NCBI RefSeq assembly: GCF_006345805.1
Contig: NC_042998.1
Span: 42,222,001-42,286,000 of the forward strand
Length of the DNA: 64,000 bases
Direction of reading: 5' to 3'
Origin: Octopus sinensis
Lineage: Eukaryota
Both the position numbers and the translations under genes were made by a program. Shown here in pieces: positions 12,300 to 25,389 of the stretch. The stretch's first letter is position 1, and each line of letters starts with the position of its first letter. The notes beneath the pieces were generated by a model. The model was not told where the DNA came from and did not search any database. It saw only the letters and a program-made list of their open reading frames with translations.

Positions 12300-12822
12300 T
12301 GTAGAAATTATAGCCAGCACTGATTTGATACAATGTTTCATATATATGAGATTTCTTTAGATTCCTATGGCTGGAGCATCAGAGATTCAGAGAATGCAAA
12401 TAAATGAATAAATAAAGAAATAATTGAAAAATAACTTTTATTATTATACTGTTGCTCGGATTTGTTTCGACCCTTTAGAATTGGAATTTTTGAAAAGTAA
12501 AAATTTTTCATTATGTAGCTTGTTATTCTCTTTAAGTGAACATTTTTCTGGTTGAAATGCACCAAAAAATGGCGACACAGCAGTAAAAAAAATCGTAAAA
12601 AATAGGATTTTCATAGAAAAAAAGCACCTTTTTGATGTAAATAATTTTTGGTGTTAACATGGTCCAATTTGAATTTTATCTTCTACAGAATGAAGAGCAA
12701 GCCTTCTTCTATCATACTCTCAATTTTGGTCAACTTGCACCACAGGGTCTCAGAGGAGATAGTGTTAGTTGAAGGCTACCAAACCTGCCACACACAGACA
12801 ACTTCAGCTTTATATATATAGA
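12300..12822 (-). mobile_element. Non-autonomous Helitron-like element
   Basis: Minus strand begins A|TCTATATATATAAAGCTGAAGTTGTCTGTG, a typical non-autonomous Helitron 5' end. The 3' end is degenerate. Confidence 0.55.
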
Positions 12823-13789
12823 TTTATGTTTTCTTTTGGGTGGGGGGATTTTTTTTTTTAATGTTGAAGCACTTTCTTGTGTATGTAAATATTTTGTTTG
12901 CATTTGATATGTATAAATATATTTTATTTACATTTTTTAATTACATTTTCAGCTTTAACAAACTGAAACTGAAAGGAAAGCATTTTAAATTTTCAGAAAG
13001 TAAAGCAAATAATGCTTTCAAATATATTAAAAAAAATATAATTTATGTGCTTTAAATGTAAATGAAATATATTAATATGAAAAAAAAACTTACTGCAGCT
13101 GTAAATCCCCTAACTTTCATCATCATCATCATTTAACATCCCTTTTCCCATGCGGGCATGGGTTGGATGGTACTACATAAACTGACAAGCCAGAGTGCTA
13201 TGCTTAGCTCCAATATTTACTCTGGTAAGATTTCTACAGCTAGATGTCCTTCCTAATCCTAACCACTTCACAAAATGTACAACACTACACTGAGTTTTTA
13301 AACATTTTGAAGACAGTTAATTTATTTTTCTTAATTTAAAAAGTGAATAAGAGTTTGCAATTTTGCTGTTATTACAAGGCAGGTAAAGGTGAGTTGGTAG
13401 AATCGTTAGCATGCCAAGCAAAATGCTTAACCGTATTTCATCCATCTTTAAGTTCTAAGTTCAAATTCTGCTGAGGTCGGTTTTGTCTTTCATCCTTTCG
13501 GGCTTAATATCTGTATCATAGCATATTGCCATTCTTTACATTATCAACACTCCTCTAAATGAGTTACTATATGCAGAACAAGCTAACAAGACAATTTACT
13601 AAACCTCCAAAAACTTCATGTTCTTGTTTGCATCAACTCATTATCTAATTGTTATCACATGCCAACCTGGCATCATTGTAAGTGAAACTAAGCATGTTTT
13701 CCAGTTGTAGCTGCTCAACAGACATGATATTCACATGATAGTTGCTAAATATTATATCTGAAAATATTTTATCCCTTTGGCAAAAACAA

Positions 13790-15050
13790 TGAAATATGGA
13801 CACTAGTTTCAAGCTGAAAGTTGTTGTGCCTGAAATCCCCTCAAATTACAGTGAATCACACATCAACTTTCATGCCACATTCCTCACTGAGCACTGTTGT
13901 TTGAAGAGATTTCAAGCACAGGTAGTGAGGAAGTATGGAAGTATGAAGCCTCTCTGAAGATGTCTAAGAAGGAAAATGTTACATGAACTGGTATCTACCA
14001 TTAGTTTGAATTGGGAAATTACTTTGAAGGCTGAGTTAATGAAAACTATAAAGATGGCCCTAGTTAACATAACTTGCACATGGATCCAAGTACTTAAGTG
14101 GGCAAAAACATGTCCTGGTGAAAGTGAAGATTTAAGGCAACTGCAAGCTGGCGTTCTTGCTTTATGAAGAGGAGAGATTTGGGGTTTGAACAGAAGACTA
14201 AAATTGCCCAGAAACTCCCAAAAGATCTCAAAGATAAAATTACAAATTTCTATACATATGTCATTTTACTGAAGAAGCAACATGACAACTTGTAGTGTCA
14301 GGTTGGTAACATGGACGAAAAGCCTTGTTATTTTCAATATACTTTTGAATCAAAGGTAAAAATAAAAAAAAGTGTCGTCTGATAAGTCAAGAAAAGACTA
14401 AATTCACTATTGTATTAAGCTGTCTTGCAGAAGGAACTAAATTAAAGCCAAAGGTTATATTCAAATGAAAACAAGGCCAACTATAAAGTTCTTGCCAAGT
14501 TTTTTTTGTTTACATTCATAAAAATGGTTGAATGAATGATGCTGGAGTGCATTTATGGATTGACAATGTGTGGAATTGGTGGCCAGGTGGCTTATGAAAG
14601 GAAAGGAATTAGTGTTGGGACATGTTCATGTCTCACTTGACAGATAATGTAACAATTAATGAAGCAATTTTATATTTGCATAATTTTAAGGGGACTAATC
14701 AACCTCTTGATGTCCTCTTAAAACCTGTTAAATGCAATATTTGTTTGGAGTGGAATAAATAGATAGTGACTGAAAGAAAAAAAAAACATTCATGAAGGAT
14801 GTGTTGTGCAATTTTGTGATGAAGTTTGGGGAAGGTGCACATGAAGAAACTGTAGTACAATCTTTTAGAAGAGTGTGTTATTTCATATCCAATCAATGGG
14901 GAAGATAATTTATGGAAAGAAAATGGCAAGCAGGACAGTGACCAATCCAAATATATTGTTTAAACTTCCAGTGATTTATATCTACATGCAGACTTCTTTA
15001 CATCAGATGATGGACAGTATTTGAAGAAAGAATTTGAAGAATTCTAAAAT
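13790..15050 (+). pseudogene. Degenerate pogo/POGK-like DDE transposase fossil
   Basis: Broken frames give KTKIAQKLP...VGNMDEKP, LWIDNVW..WPGGL, WDMFMSHLTD and NQPLDV. Confidence 0.7.
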
Positions 15051-16204
15051 GTGATCCTACATGCTTTTATTGTCAATAACATAATTATTTTTAAGCATAA
15101 TTAACCATGGAATTTAAATTTATAAAGTATGTATCGGTCAATGTTTTAAGATCACAGTGCAGTATGTTAGAGTTATGGTTTTAATCATCAATAAAATAAC
15201 TTTCGAATAACCTTTATTTTAAATGTTGTATAGTAATAATGCCAATGTGTGTATATTCAATAAACTGCTATTATGTATCATTAAACTGTCATTACCCACC
15301 GTAGTGCATTGTGTATGTATCAGTAATTTTTTCTGTGAATTCACAAGTACATCAGCCACATATAAAACATGCTAATCTTGCACATTAGCTAAATGTTATG
15401 GTAAATATGGGTATTATTGCCTGTTACTCCCATTAACCATAAATGTCTATATTCATGTGAATGTACAATCTCCTGTGCTATCATGAAGTTATACAGATGA
15501 CATACATATCGTAGTTGTCTGACTGGCTGCCTGGGTTTGGTGTGTTGTTCCTGATAGCGTTTACACTCAGTGTATCAGCTGTTTGACACAGCTCATGCTG
15601 TAGCAGTAATATAATGCTGAATTTATACTTACATGACAGTGGTTAAGAAGCTTCCCTACAATATTTTTTGCTTCAGTCCCATTGCATGGCTCCTTGGGCA
15701 AATGTCTTTTACAGTGGCCCTGGGCTAATCAAAGCCTTGTAAGTGAATTTTGTAGATGGAAACTGAAAGAAATCTGTTGCATATATCATGTGTATATGTA
15801 TATAAGTGTGTATGTGTGTGTGTGTGAGTGAGTATATGCTTACCTCATTGACTTGGCATGAAGTAATTATCATAAATGCACATCATTCATTTCCAATATT
15901 CTGCAAAAACATGGGAAAATATTATTTTGTTTGGAAACAGATAATGGTTGGTGATGGGAAAGGCATCTGACTGTAAAAATTCTCAATAAATTCTATCCAA
16001 CCCTTGCATGTATGAAAAAATGGGCATTAAGAAAATGATAATGATGATGATCTCAGTGTTAATATGTTAAGTGTGTTCACCATCTCTCTGGTAAAGGTTT
16101 GCACTTTATCCTAGCTATATTAATCAAATCCTAGTTTTGAAGTTTTTCAGGTTTAAAAAAGTTGACTTGTGCACTGCAATTTACTGTCTGCTAATTTAAT
16201 TAGA

Positions 16205-16500
16205 GTGGAGGCGCAATGGCCCAGTGGTTAGGGCAGCAGACTCATGGTCAGAAGTTCACGGTTTCGATTCCCAAGCCAGGCATTGTGTGTGTTTATTGAG
16301 TGAAAACACCTAAAGCTCCACGAGACTCTGGCAGGGGGTGGTGGCGACCCCTGTTGTGCTCTTTCGCCCCAACTTTCTCTCACTCTTTCTTCCTGTTTCT
16401 TGTGTAATGCTACGATGGACTGGCATCCCGTCCAGCTGGTGGGGAACACATACACCATAGAAATCGGCTAGGCTTGAAAAGGGCACAGAAAGAAGAAGAA
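16205..16500 (+). mobile_element. tRNA-headed SINE with V-domain-like motif
   Basis: A box tggcccagtgg and B-box-like gtttcgattcc. Body contains cgatggactggcatcccgtccag. (GAA)n tail. Confidence 0.65.
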
Positions 16501-16659
16501 TTTAATTAGGAGGCTTGGCTCTGTGCCTAAGAAGCTTGTTTTGCAGCCATGTGGTTTTTGGTTAAGTCCCACTGTATGGTACCTTGGGCATGTGTTTTCT
16601 ATTATAGCCCTGAGCCAACCAATGCCTTGTCAACGAATTTGGTAGATAGAAGCTATTTT

Positions 16660-17035
16660 TTTACTTGTTTCAGTAATTTGACTGTGGTCATGCCGGTGCA
16701 CCACCCTAAAGGGTTTTAGTTGAAGAAATCAACCCCAGGACTTATTCTTTATGAGCCTAGTACTTATTCTGTCAGTCTCTTTTGCAGAACTGTTAAGTTA
16801 CAGAGATGTAAACACACCAATATCGGTTGTCAAGTGATGGCGGGGGACAAACACAAAGACACACACACACATATGACAGGCTTCTTTCAATTTCCATCTA
16901 CAAATCCACTCACTAAGCTTTAGTTGGCCAGAGGTTATAGTAGAAGATACTTGCCCAAGGTGCCACACAGTAGGACTGAACCTGGAACAATACAGCTGGG
17001 AAGCAAGCTTCTTACCACACAGCCATGCCTGTGCC
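16660..17035 (-). mobile_element. tRNA-headed SINE with internal microsatellite (family S1); an inverted partial copy sits at 16510-16640
   Basis: accttgggcaagtgtcttctactat and gatttggtaga(c)ggaaa motifs shared with many copies. Confidence 0.75.
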
Positions 17036-17344
17036 TATGTGGAAGCCTGTTATATATATGTGTGTGTGTGTATGTGTGTGTGTGTGTGTGTTGTGTGCAT
17101 GGTTTGTGTTGTCTCCAGCTTACCACTTTACAACTGGTGTTGGTTTGTTTATATCTCTGTAACATAGCAATTTGACAAACAAGCCTGATAGAATAAGCAC
17201 TGGAGTTAAAAATAAATACAGGAGTGCGCAGCCACTTGCATGTTAATGTCATGAGCAGGCTCTTCTGTTGATTGGATTAACTGGAATCCTTGTCATGTGC
17301 TGACAGAGTGCCATTAGTTTACTACAATCTGTAGATTATAATAA

Positions 17345-18010
17345 TAATAATAATAATAATAATGATGATGAAATTATTGTATACCATGCTCAGGTGCACC
17401 ACAACTTGTCAAAAGTGCATATAAAGCATATGCAGTAATGCACAAATGTCTGGAAAGTGAACGAGTCAGATACATGCTTGCATGTGTATGGAGGGGAGAA
17501 AATCAGGTGTAGTGTTGGCAAATCTCAGGAAGCATGGAAGTTTTGAAGGATGCAGTGCTCCGACAACTAACAACTGATGCCAGCAGTTTGTTCCATGCTT
17601 CAGTAACTCTTAGCATGAAAAAATGTTTCCGAAAGTCATGGGAGCTGTGCTGTTTTCTGACTTTGTAAACATGTCCACGGATGTTAGACAGGTGGAGTTT
17701 GAAAAGGTGCTCAGAGTTACTGTTAGTAAGATGGTTAATAATTTTATGGGTGTCTGCCAAGTCAGCTGCCAGACGTCGGAGTTTCAATGTATCCATGCCC
17801 AGGGAAGTAAGGCTTTCAGAATATGGCAAATGCTTGATGAAGGATATTCTCTTGGTTGCACGTTGCTGAATGGTTTCCAGACAATATCTTGGCAAGATAG
17901 GGGTTCCAGACCGATTGCACCATAGCTATATAAAGCCTCAGATAGATAACCGGAGAGTGGCTCACAAAGGACTTGGTGAGTGATAACATGTTGATTCACC
18001 CTATAAATTT
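17345..18010 (-). mobile_element. CR1-clade LINE 3' fragment with (ATT)n tail
   Basis: ORF 17503-17895: LETIQQRATKRI...IRGHVYK...RKHFFMLRVTEAWNKL. Same 3'UTR at 30707-30900. Confidence 0.85.
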
Positions 18011-18171
18011 GAGACAAAATTAACTAGAATGAGCAGAGGTTTAATTTAATTAGAAACATATTGCTTGTTGACTTCCATATTTGTTTTTCTCTATTTGATG
18101 AATTTTACATGACTTTACATACGTTTTTTTTTTTAATATATATATTAAAAAAATCCTGTTTCTCTTTTCAG

Positions 18172-18253
18172 AAATAATGATAGCACTAATGATCCTTCAC
18201 ATAATCTTCGGCGGTTAGATGAACTCTTTAAGAAAATGATTGCTTGGGATCAG
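18172..18253 (+). CDS. AXDND1: AXDND1-like exon b (NNDSTNDPSHNLRRLDELFKKMIAWDQ), phase 2 to 0
   Basis: tttctcttttcag acceptor and CAG|gtttac donor. Open in the phase required by exons a and c. Confidence 0.8.
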
Positions 18254-20266
18254 GTTTACTATTTATTTTAATTTTCAGTTTATGTATTTAAGGTTAAGTG
18301 AGGTTTATTTTTTTTTAACATTCCATTCATAAAGCTTTTGATGCTTCAGAAAACTTTGTCATCGAATTTTTGAACAGGAGCCGCTTGTTGCTTGAATCTC
18401 ATGACATTGACTATGCAATTGAAAGTAGAGTTGATCAATTTATTTTCTTTTTTTTTTTTTGTTTTGCCAAGGGAGACATCGTTTGTCTGTTTTCCACACA
18501 GGCATAGGATGGGTGGTTTGTCAGAATCTGGTGAGCCAGAGGGCTGTATTGTGCTCAATGTTAGCTTTGTCATGGTTACTATGGCTGGATGCCCTTCCTA
18601 ATGTCAACCACTTCACTGTGTGTGTTGGGTGCTTTTTTCATGCTGCTGGCTCTAGTGAGGATGTTAAGTAACTTGTAAGACAGAAAAGGAACAAGAAAAA
18701 GAAAAAGCCTCCCCTACTAAGTCAAGTGGGGGCATTTGTGAGTGGGTAGGGGTGGCTTTATGCTAGGTGATGGGAGGATAAGTATGGGTATCTTGCTATA
18801 GAAAAGGTATGTGGCTTCCCTGTATTATATAAGGGCAGTTGGGAGTTACTAGGAAGATAATGATAATGGTGACAAGGTGTCAGAGCAAACCCTCAAGGAT
18901 TAGAAGAGAATACAGACAGTGGATCTAGTAGAAAAAGAAGGAGGTGGGGGTTATATGAGCATAAAAGGAGAGTAACTATGATAAGAGATGGGGGTAAGAG
19001 AGGTGAATGTATTGAAAATATTTAGTGCAAGATTCAGAAATATTACCCATGAGCTTGTAGCTTGAGTACTTAGTTACTGCATCATAATTCTTTAAATACG
19101 ATAAGTATTTGATAAACTCAAGAGAATGTCATTAATAGTTCTGTATATGAGACAGGAAAAACAAAGGAGTCAGTTATTGATGTAGTTAAAGATTTTGTCC
19201 TTATTTTAATGATATAATGCTGCATCTAACAGAAATTCTTTTTTCATTGTAATTCTATAACTTAGGAACAATAAAATGCTGATTTCTATATTATATGATT
19301 GTTTACGAAATTATAAACAACCAGAAAATAAGAAAATGCTGAGTTTTGTTATTCTAACCATTCCTTAATGTTGTGATAGTATAAGTATAATAAAAGAAAT
19401 CCATTCTGAGATTATAGTTTAAGACTGGCTGCAATATCAAATTGAAATTTCATTTCTTTTGAGAAGACCTCAACCAATTTTTTAAGGAAGGACAGTTGAT
19501 TTCATTGGTCTCATTACATTATTGGATCTTACCAGCATTATTAGTTTGAAAGGTTCAATTGAAAATCAATATAAAATCATAAAAACTAATATCATAAAGC
19601 ATTTGTGCTGCTGTTCTGTTCTTCCTGAAACTTGCTTCCTTTATTTCATTTAATATTAGCCAGCAGTTCTGGGGGAAGGGGTAAGTCAATTATATAGATG
19701 CCAGTGCTCAACTGGTACTTATTTTATCAACCCTGAAAGGAGGAAAGGCAAAGTTGACCTCATCGGAATTTGAACTCAGAATGTAAAGATGGACGAAATA
19801 CCACTAAGCATTTTACCCAGCATGCTAACTATTCTGACAGCTCACCCCACTATTTGCTTAATTTTATATTAAATTAAATTTGTTAATGTACATGAAAGTA
19901 TGCTAATAAAGGACAAGCAGAAATAGAACTATCTCATTTTTGGACTAGACAGCTGAGGAGGGGAGCACACTCAACCTTTGCTGGCTTGCATATAGAAGTA
20001 AGGTCTGTGTAGTTGATGTTCTGCTTGAACATCTTTAGGTTGAAATATATAAGGAAAATATTGTCTCTGCCTCTGTATCTAGATAGTTTATTGCCTAATA
20101 AAAAGGACATTCTGATTTGTCACGTACTTTTTATTTGTTTTAACTTGCTAAATATGTGTTTTTGTGAGAAATAGCCATCTCTTGCATTAAATTCTAGAAT
20201 TAATATTCACAAATTTTATCAATGTTCTAAGCTTTTTATCATTTTTAACTGATTGTATTGGTACAG

Positions 20267-20449
20267 ATACTGATGGAGGTAAACCAGAATTATTTGGGAG
20301 AACTGCCATTGACAAGATTGGAAAAACTGGGAGCGCTTATCAAATTGCACGCAGAATGGCAGGATTTATGCTTTAAGTTACTAGTGAGACATCAACCTTC
20401 ACAAACACAGAAAACAAAAATGAATGGAGCCTTTGAAAAACTAACTTAT
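20267..20449 (+). CDS. AXDND1: AXDND1-like exon c (ILMEVNQNYLGELPL...EWQDLCFKLLVRH...FEKLTY), phase 0 to 0
   Basis: gtacag acceptor and TAT|gtgaat donor. Resembles human MLNEKKEEFTGDVLL...ENWADIGLGIFNRH. The RH-to-NG spacing across exons c-d is 35 aa, as in the recalled human sequence. Confidence 0.82.
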
Positions 20450-21333
20450 GTGAATATAAAATAAATTTTATAATTGTATATTCCTGTGTAATTCTTTGTT
20501 GCAAATTAATAGGTTTTGATTATATAGAGCCAAGTGAAGATGGTACTGAGATGAACAATTGTTTAGAGTACTTATAAAAAACAAACAACATTAAATTTAT
20601 ACTTCAAGCTGGTTTCTTATTACATTCTTTACTAATTTAAATTGTAAAATCAGTTCCTTTGTGAGAAGGGAAAGATTACATATTTATTTTATATTTCCAA
20701 ATAGAAAGCTCATAATATTTTATTTCAAAGATTTCTTCTATTTTACTTAACCTCTAATAGTATACCCAGACTCCAGACTGCTGTCATATGATGCTCTGGA
20801 CCACCTATAAGAAAAACAACTTATCATCATCGGCAGGAAGGAAATTGTGTGCAAACATAACTCATACAAGGGGATCACCTACAAGGAAAGATTACTGTTT
20901 GCAACACTTAGACGTTTGAACATTTGAACCTCCTAAACTATTTTTTTTAGTTTATTGCTTTTACACACTTTGACAATGTTATTCATTTTCCAGAGTAGTT
21001 TTTTAGAGCAATTTCTGTATCAACATTGTTTACTAGATGAAAACTAGTCACATTTGTATTTTTAGACAAGTTTATTTAACCCTGTTTCAATTGAATTAGT
21101 TAAATAATGGGCAACACCTCTTTTATGACTGATTTTCTTCCCTGTTAAAACACATTTTCAAAATGTCAAATAATAAAGTGTTAGAATGATTCATCAATGC
21201 TAAAGAAGAAACAAAAATCAATGTAAAATTTTTGGTGTGTATGCATATGCACTTGCATGCATATTTACATATTCAAAAACATCCATTTCTTGCAAATATT
21301 TTTGGATCATTTTGCTTTTATATTGTTATATAG

Positions 21334-21385
21334 CTGATGAAGGAGATGAAGGTTCAGAATGAAGTTCTCATAACTGGAGAAAATG
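21334..21385 (+). CDS. AXDND1: AXDND1-like exon d (LMKEMKVQNEVLITGEN), phase 0 to 1
   Basis: tatag acceptor and G|gtaata donor. ITGENG resembles human INGDNG. Confidence 0.82.
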
Positions 21386-21540
21386 GTAATACTTTTTAAG
21401 TATAATCCCCAAAAGAAAATTATAAACTATCACATTATTACACAGATTACACTAAAATAAAAAATTTCAATTTTAAGATGACTACTACTACTACTACTAC
21501 CACCACCACCAGTACCACCACCACCACCACCACCACCACC

Positions 21541-21586
<46 letters not shown>

Positions 21587-21724
21587 TTCCTCTATTAATT
21601 GAAATATTGCTTCTTGTTTTTAGAAGTGATTGATTATACTTTTTCATTGCAGTTATAAACTTACATTCTTTCTTTGTAGTTTATTATGAAATAATTACAC
21701 AATATTATGATTACTTTTATATAG

Positions 21725-21941
21725 GAACTGCTAAAGGTATCAGTCGGTTGTCTGAGAAATTTAATGCATGGATTAAAAAACTAAATAGCCCTGCCAGAGA
21801 CCCCAAATTATTGGATCCTCAAGAAGACGATAATTTATTGGAAATTTTATCAGAAATTAGTGATGCAGCAAATAGCATAGTGAATACCTTTGGAATGGTT
21901 GAAACACTTCACGAACGAATATATCTTGAACCAAAACGTCG
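21725..21941 (+). CDS. AXDND1: AXDND1-like exon e (GTAKGISRLSEKFNAW...LEPKRR), phase 1 to 2
   Basis: ttttatatag acceptor and CG|gtgaga donor. Contains ORF 21748-21945. Phases are consistent on both sides. Confidence 0.85.
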
Positions 21942-22751
21942 GTGAGATATTTATATTTACAAGGGACACTTTTTAGATAATGTAGGCATAATTATCAAAA
22001 GAGATGTTGGTTATAACAAGTGTAGCACATGTTTGACATTGATCTTTGTTATTTTGATGGTTGTTTCTGAAACTTGTAATAAATGCTTCATGATTTCTAA
22101 CAAGTGTTTGAGAGCCAGAGCTTAAATCAAATTATGAAGGGATGAGAGACAAAACTTCCCTTTCATAAGATGCTGATACTTTGCAAGTGAGATTCCCTCA
22201 TAATATAATACATTTGCCATTAATTAGGTGTCCCAATGCAGTGTAGAATAAAGTTTTCTGTCTAGAAATAGCTGCAAATTTGAAACCAGGAACTATAAAC
22301 AGGTGGTTATATCAGGTCAGATATGAGGAATTACAACTGTGTTTCGTGGTCTGCTACCACAACAGCTCCTTTATAGGATCCAGTTAGCTCAAGACATCAT
22401 CAGGAGGAACCACATCTGGTTTCTGTTTGCAGTGTGTCACTGCATTTACCATATGTTGATATTTCCTAGTGTCATTCCAGGCAATCCTTTGAACAGTGTC
22501 TCAGTCAGCCACCCATCTCTGTGAGATACTTCCTCACCTGCTGTAACCATGTGGCATGCGACTAACCAGCATGAACTGTTACTCCTGCTGGACACTCAGA
22601 GAAGAGAACATGCCATGCTGGATATAACTTGGAAAATTGAACAACATGACCAGAGAGTTTAAACTAATGCTTCTGAATCATACAAGTAACAGAACAGCCA
22701 ACGTGTATACTCAGAAATTAGCGGTTATATCACTACATAAAAATATGTCAA

Positions 22752-22928
22752 AGCACCCACTACACTCACGGAGTGGTTGGCATTAGGAAGGGCATCCAGC
22801 TGTAGAAACACTGCCAGATCAGACTGGGCCTGTTGCAGCCTCCTGGCTTCCCAGATCCCAGTCGAACTGTCCAACCCATGCTAGGATGGAAAGCAGACGT
22901 TAAACGATGATGATGATGATGATGATGA
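22752..22928 (+). mobile_element. RTE 3'-terminal fragment
   Basis: agcacccactacactcacggagtggttggc...gttaaacgatgatg. Confidence 0.85.
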
Positions 22929-23016
22929 TGTATATATATATATATATGATAATTAACAGAATGAGATAAAAAATCCAAGGCTGTGATTAGTTTTCAGGAC
23001 ATTTATAAAGAGAAGG

Positions 23017-23062
23017 TCTTACAGCTGTTTCCAGGATATTTTATACATCCCTTCATCAGAGA
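23017..23062 (-). ncRNA. Minimal type I hammerhead ribozyme motif (PLE-type)
   Basis: UCU-CUGAUGA-A-GGGAUGU-AUAAA-AUAUCCU-G-GAAA-CAGCUG-UA-AGA. Canonical core, palindromic stem III, GUA triplet. Confidence 0.65.
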
Positions 23063-23543
23063 TGGTGTGAGAAAATGTTCAAGTAATAATTATTGTAGAG
23101 ATGATATGAAATATGTTGTATATCAAACCCAAGCTGTTATATTTAATTTGTTTATTTGCATAATTGTCCACATATGCATACATGTGTGTGTGTGAGTGCG
23201 TGTGTGTGTGTGTAGTGTGGTGTGTGTGTACATGTGTATGTGTATGGCATGCATGTGTGTGTCTTTTGTGTTTGCTTTTCCCTCCCTATTTCACTTGATA
23301 GCCAGTGTTGGTTTGTTTACATCTCCTTAACTTAGCAGTTCAGCAAAAAAAGACCAATCGAATACTACCTATTCTTTAAAAAAAAAAAATGTACTGAGTT
23401 TGATTTATTTGATTACACTCTTTAACAATGCGCCCCAGCATGGTCACTGCCCAATGACCGAAGCAAGCGAAAGATAAAACATGAAGATTAATGATAATAT
23501 ATGCTTAAATATGTTCTAAGAGTATCTTTTCCTTCTCTTTCAG

Positions 23544-23637
23544 AGTATCCATATTTGATGTGGTGACCTGTGGAAATCACTTGTATAATATTGTTTCAAG
23601 TATCATTGACAGCCAGGATGCTAAGCTTGTAGATCAG
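23544..23637 (+). CDS. AXDND1: AXDND1-like exon f (VSIFDVVTCGNHLYNIVSSIIDSQDAKLVDQ), phase 2 to 0
   Basis: ttttccttctctttcag acceptor and CAG|gtactt donor. Phase consistent with exon e. Confidence 0.83.
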
Positions 23638-23796
23638 GTACTTCGAAATCATAAACTTAATTTGTATAAGAAAATCTTAGCATTTCTTTGTGAGTATTCA
23701 TGTGCATGCGTGTGTATGTTAGTGTATATAAGTAAGTGTGTGTATGTGTGTATATTAATGCATGCATATATGGGTTTATGTGACATATATATATAC

Positions 23797-24024
23797 AGCG
23801 AGCTGGCAGAAACGTTAGCACGCTGGGCGAAATGCGTAGCTGTATTTCGTCTGTCGTCACGTTCCGAGTTCAAATTCCGCCGAGGTCGACTTTGCCTTTC
23901 ATCCTTTTGGGGTCGATAAATTAAGTACCAGTTACACACTGGGGTCGATATAATCGACTTAATCCGTTTGTCTGTCCTTGTTTGTCCCGTCTGTGTTTAG
24001 CCTCTTGTGGGTAGTAAAGAAATA
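23797..24024 (+). mobile_element. tRNA-headed SINE with Meta-domain-like core (family S2), young copy
   Basis: gaggtcgactttgcctttcatccttttggggtcgataaattaagtaccag. Older copies near 13383, 19670, 36985, 45320, 47855 and 57945. Confidence 0.8.
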
Positions 24025-24221
24025 TATATATATACAGGTAAACTGAACTGTACTTTTAATACCACAGCACTTTTGTTAGAGTCAATCTGATATACATACT
24101 TACATACATATGTATCTACACACACATATTTTTATGCATATATAGGCATGTGTATTTTGTGTTTGAGTGTGTGTGAATATATAATACACGCATGCATACA
24201 CACACACACACACACACACAT

Positions 24222-24590
24222 AGGTGCAGGCGTGGTTGTGTGGTAAGAAGCTTCCTTCCCAACCACATGGTTCTGGGTTCAGATCCACTGCATAGCACCT
24301 TCGGTAAGTGTCTTCTACTATATCCTCAGGCTGACCAAAGCCTTGTGAGTGGTTTGGTAGACGGAAACTGAAAGAAGCCCATCGTATATATGTATATATT
24401 TATGTGAGTGTGTCTTTGTGTCTACGTTTTTTCCCCACCCCACCAGCATTTAACAATTGATGTTGGCATATGTATGTCCTTGTAACTTAGCGGTTTGGCA
24501 AAAGAGTTTGATAGAATAAGTACCAGGCTTACAAAGAATAAGTCCTGGGGTTGATTTCTTTGACTAACAGGTGGTGTTCCAAGTAAAAGA
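24222..24590 (+). mobile_element. SINE family S1 copy
   Basis: tRNA-like head, internal (TA)/(TG) tract, shared 3' body. Confidence 0.78.
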
Positions 24591-25389
24591 ATATATATAT
24601 ATGTGTGTGTGTGTGTGTAGCAGAAAACTTCAGCAGGGAGTCAATACTGCATTATTTGAGTTTTGTGTTATTATTCATCAAATTAAATTGCATATATAAT
24701 TTTGGGAGTATATTCATGCAGTTGAAACTGAACATTGCTGATTAGAGTCTCAAGGCAACAACAATTCACAAATTAAAATTTCTAGAACTTCAGTGGTTGA
24801 TTAAAATAACAGTTGGAGGGTAAAAATATTTAAGTTGTTTTAATAAAAAAAAAAAATGTAAGAAAACTATGTTGGGTTTGTGTATTCATATGCATATAGA
24901 CACACATAAACATACACTCAGACACACATAAACAAACATGTACGCACACAGAGAAACATCTATACACACATATATGTACATCAAGGCACACATACACATA
25001 AACACAAACACACAATGCTCATGCACACACACATATACACATGCACATACACATATACACATGCACACGCACATGTACATATACACACATACACACTCTC
25101 ACACACATTTATATATACGTGTACAAACTTTCCAACAGTCGAGAGAGAATATTGGCAAAAAAATGTGTGAAAAGTGGAAAAAAAATAATTTTGAAGGAAT
25201 CCATGCAAGAAATATGAAAATCAAATACTTTGTGTGTGTGTGTACGAGTGTGTGTATGTGTGTGTACGTGTAAATTAAATGAAATTAGGAATAACAATTA
25301 AAATATAAAGTTCTGTTATATGAAGTATGGAAAACATTGGAATTGGGAATGAAAATCTTTATTTAAACAGTTATTACCCACGGGATGTA

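Noticed and set aside
16205-16285. tRNA genes (also 29149-29225, 63457-63530)
   Set aside because: They have A/B boxes only. The cloverleaf is incomplete and continues into repeated SINE bodies.
21447-21647. Poly-Val ORF on the minus strand
   Set aside because: It is an (ACT)/(ACC) compound microsatellite inside the 339-bp intron.
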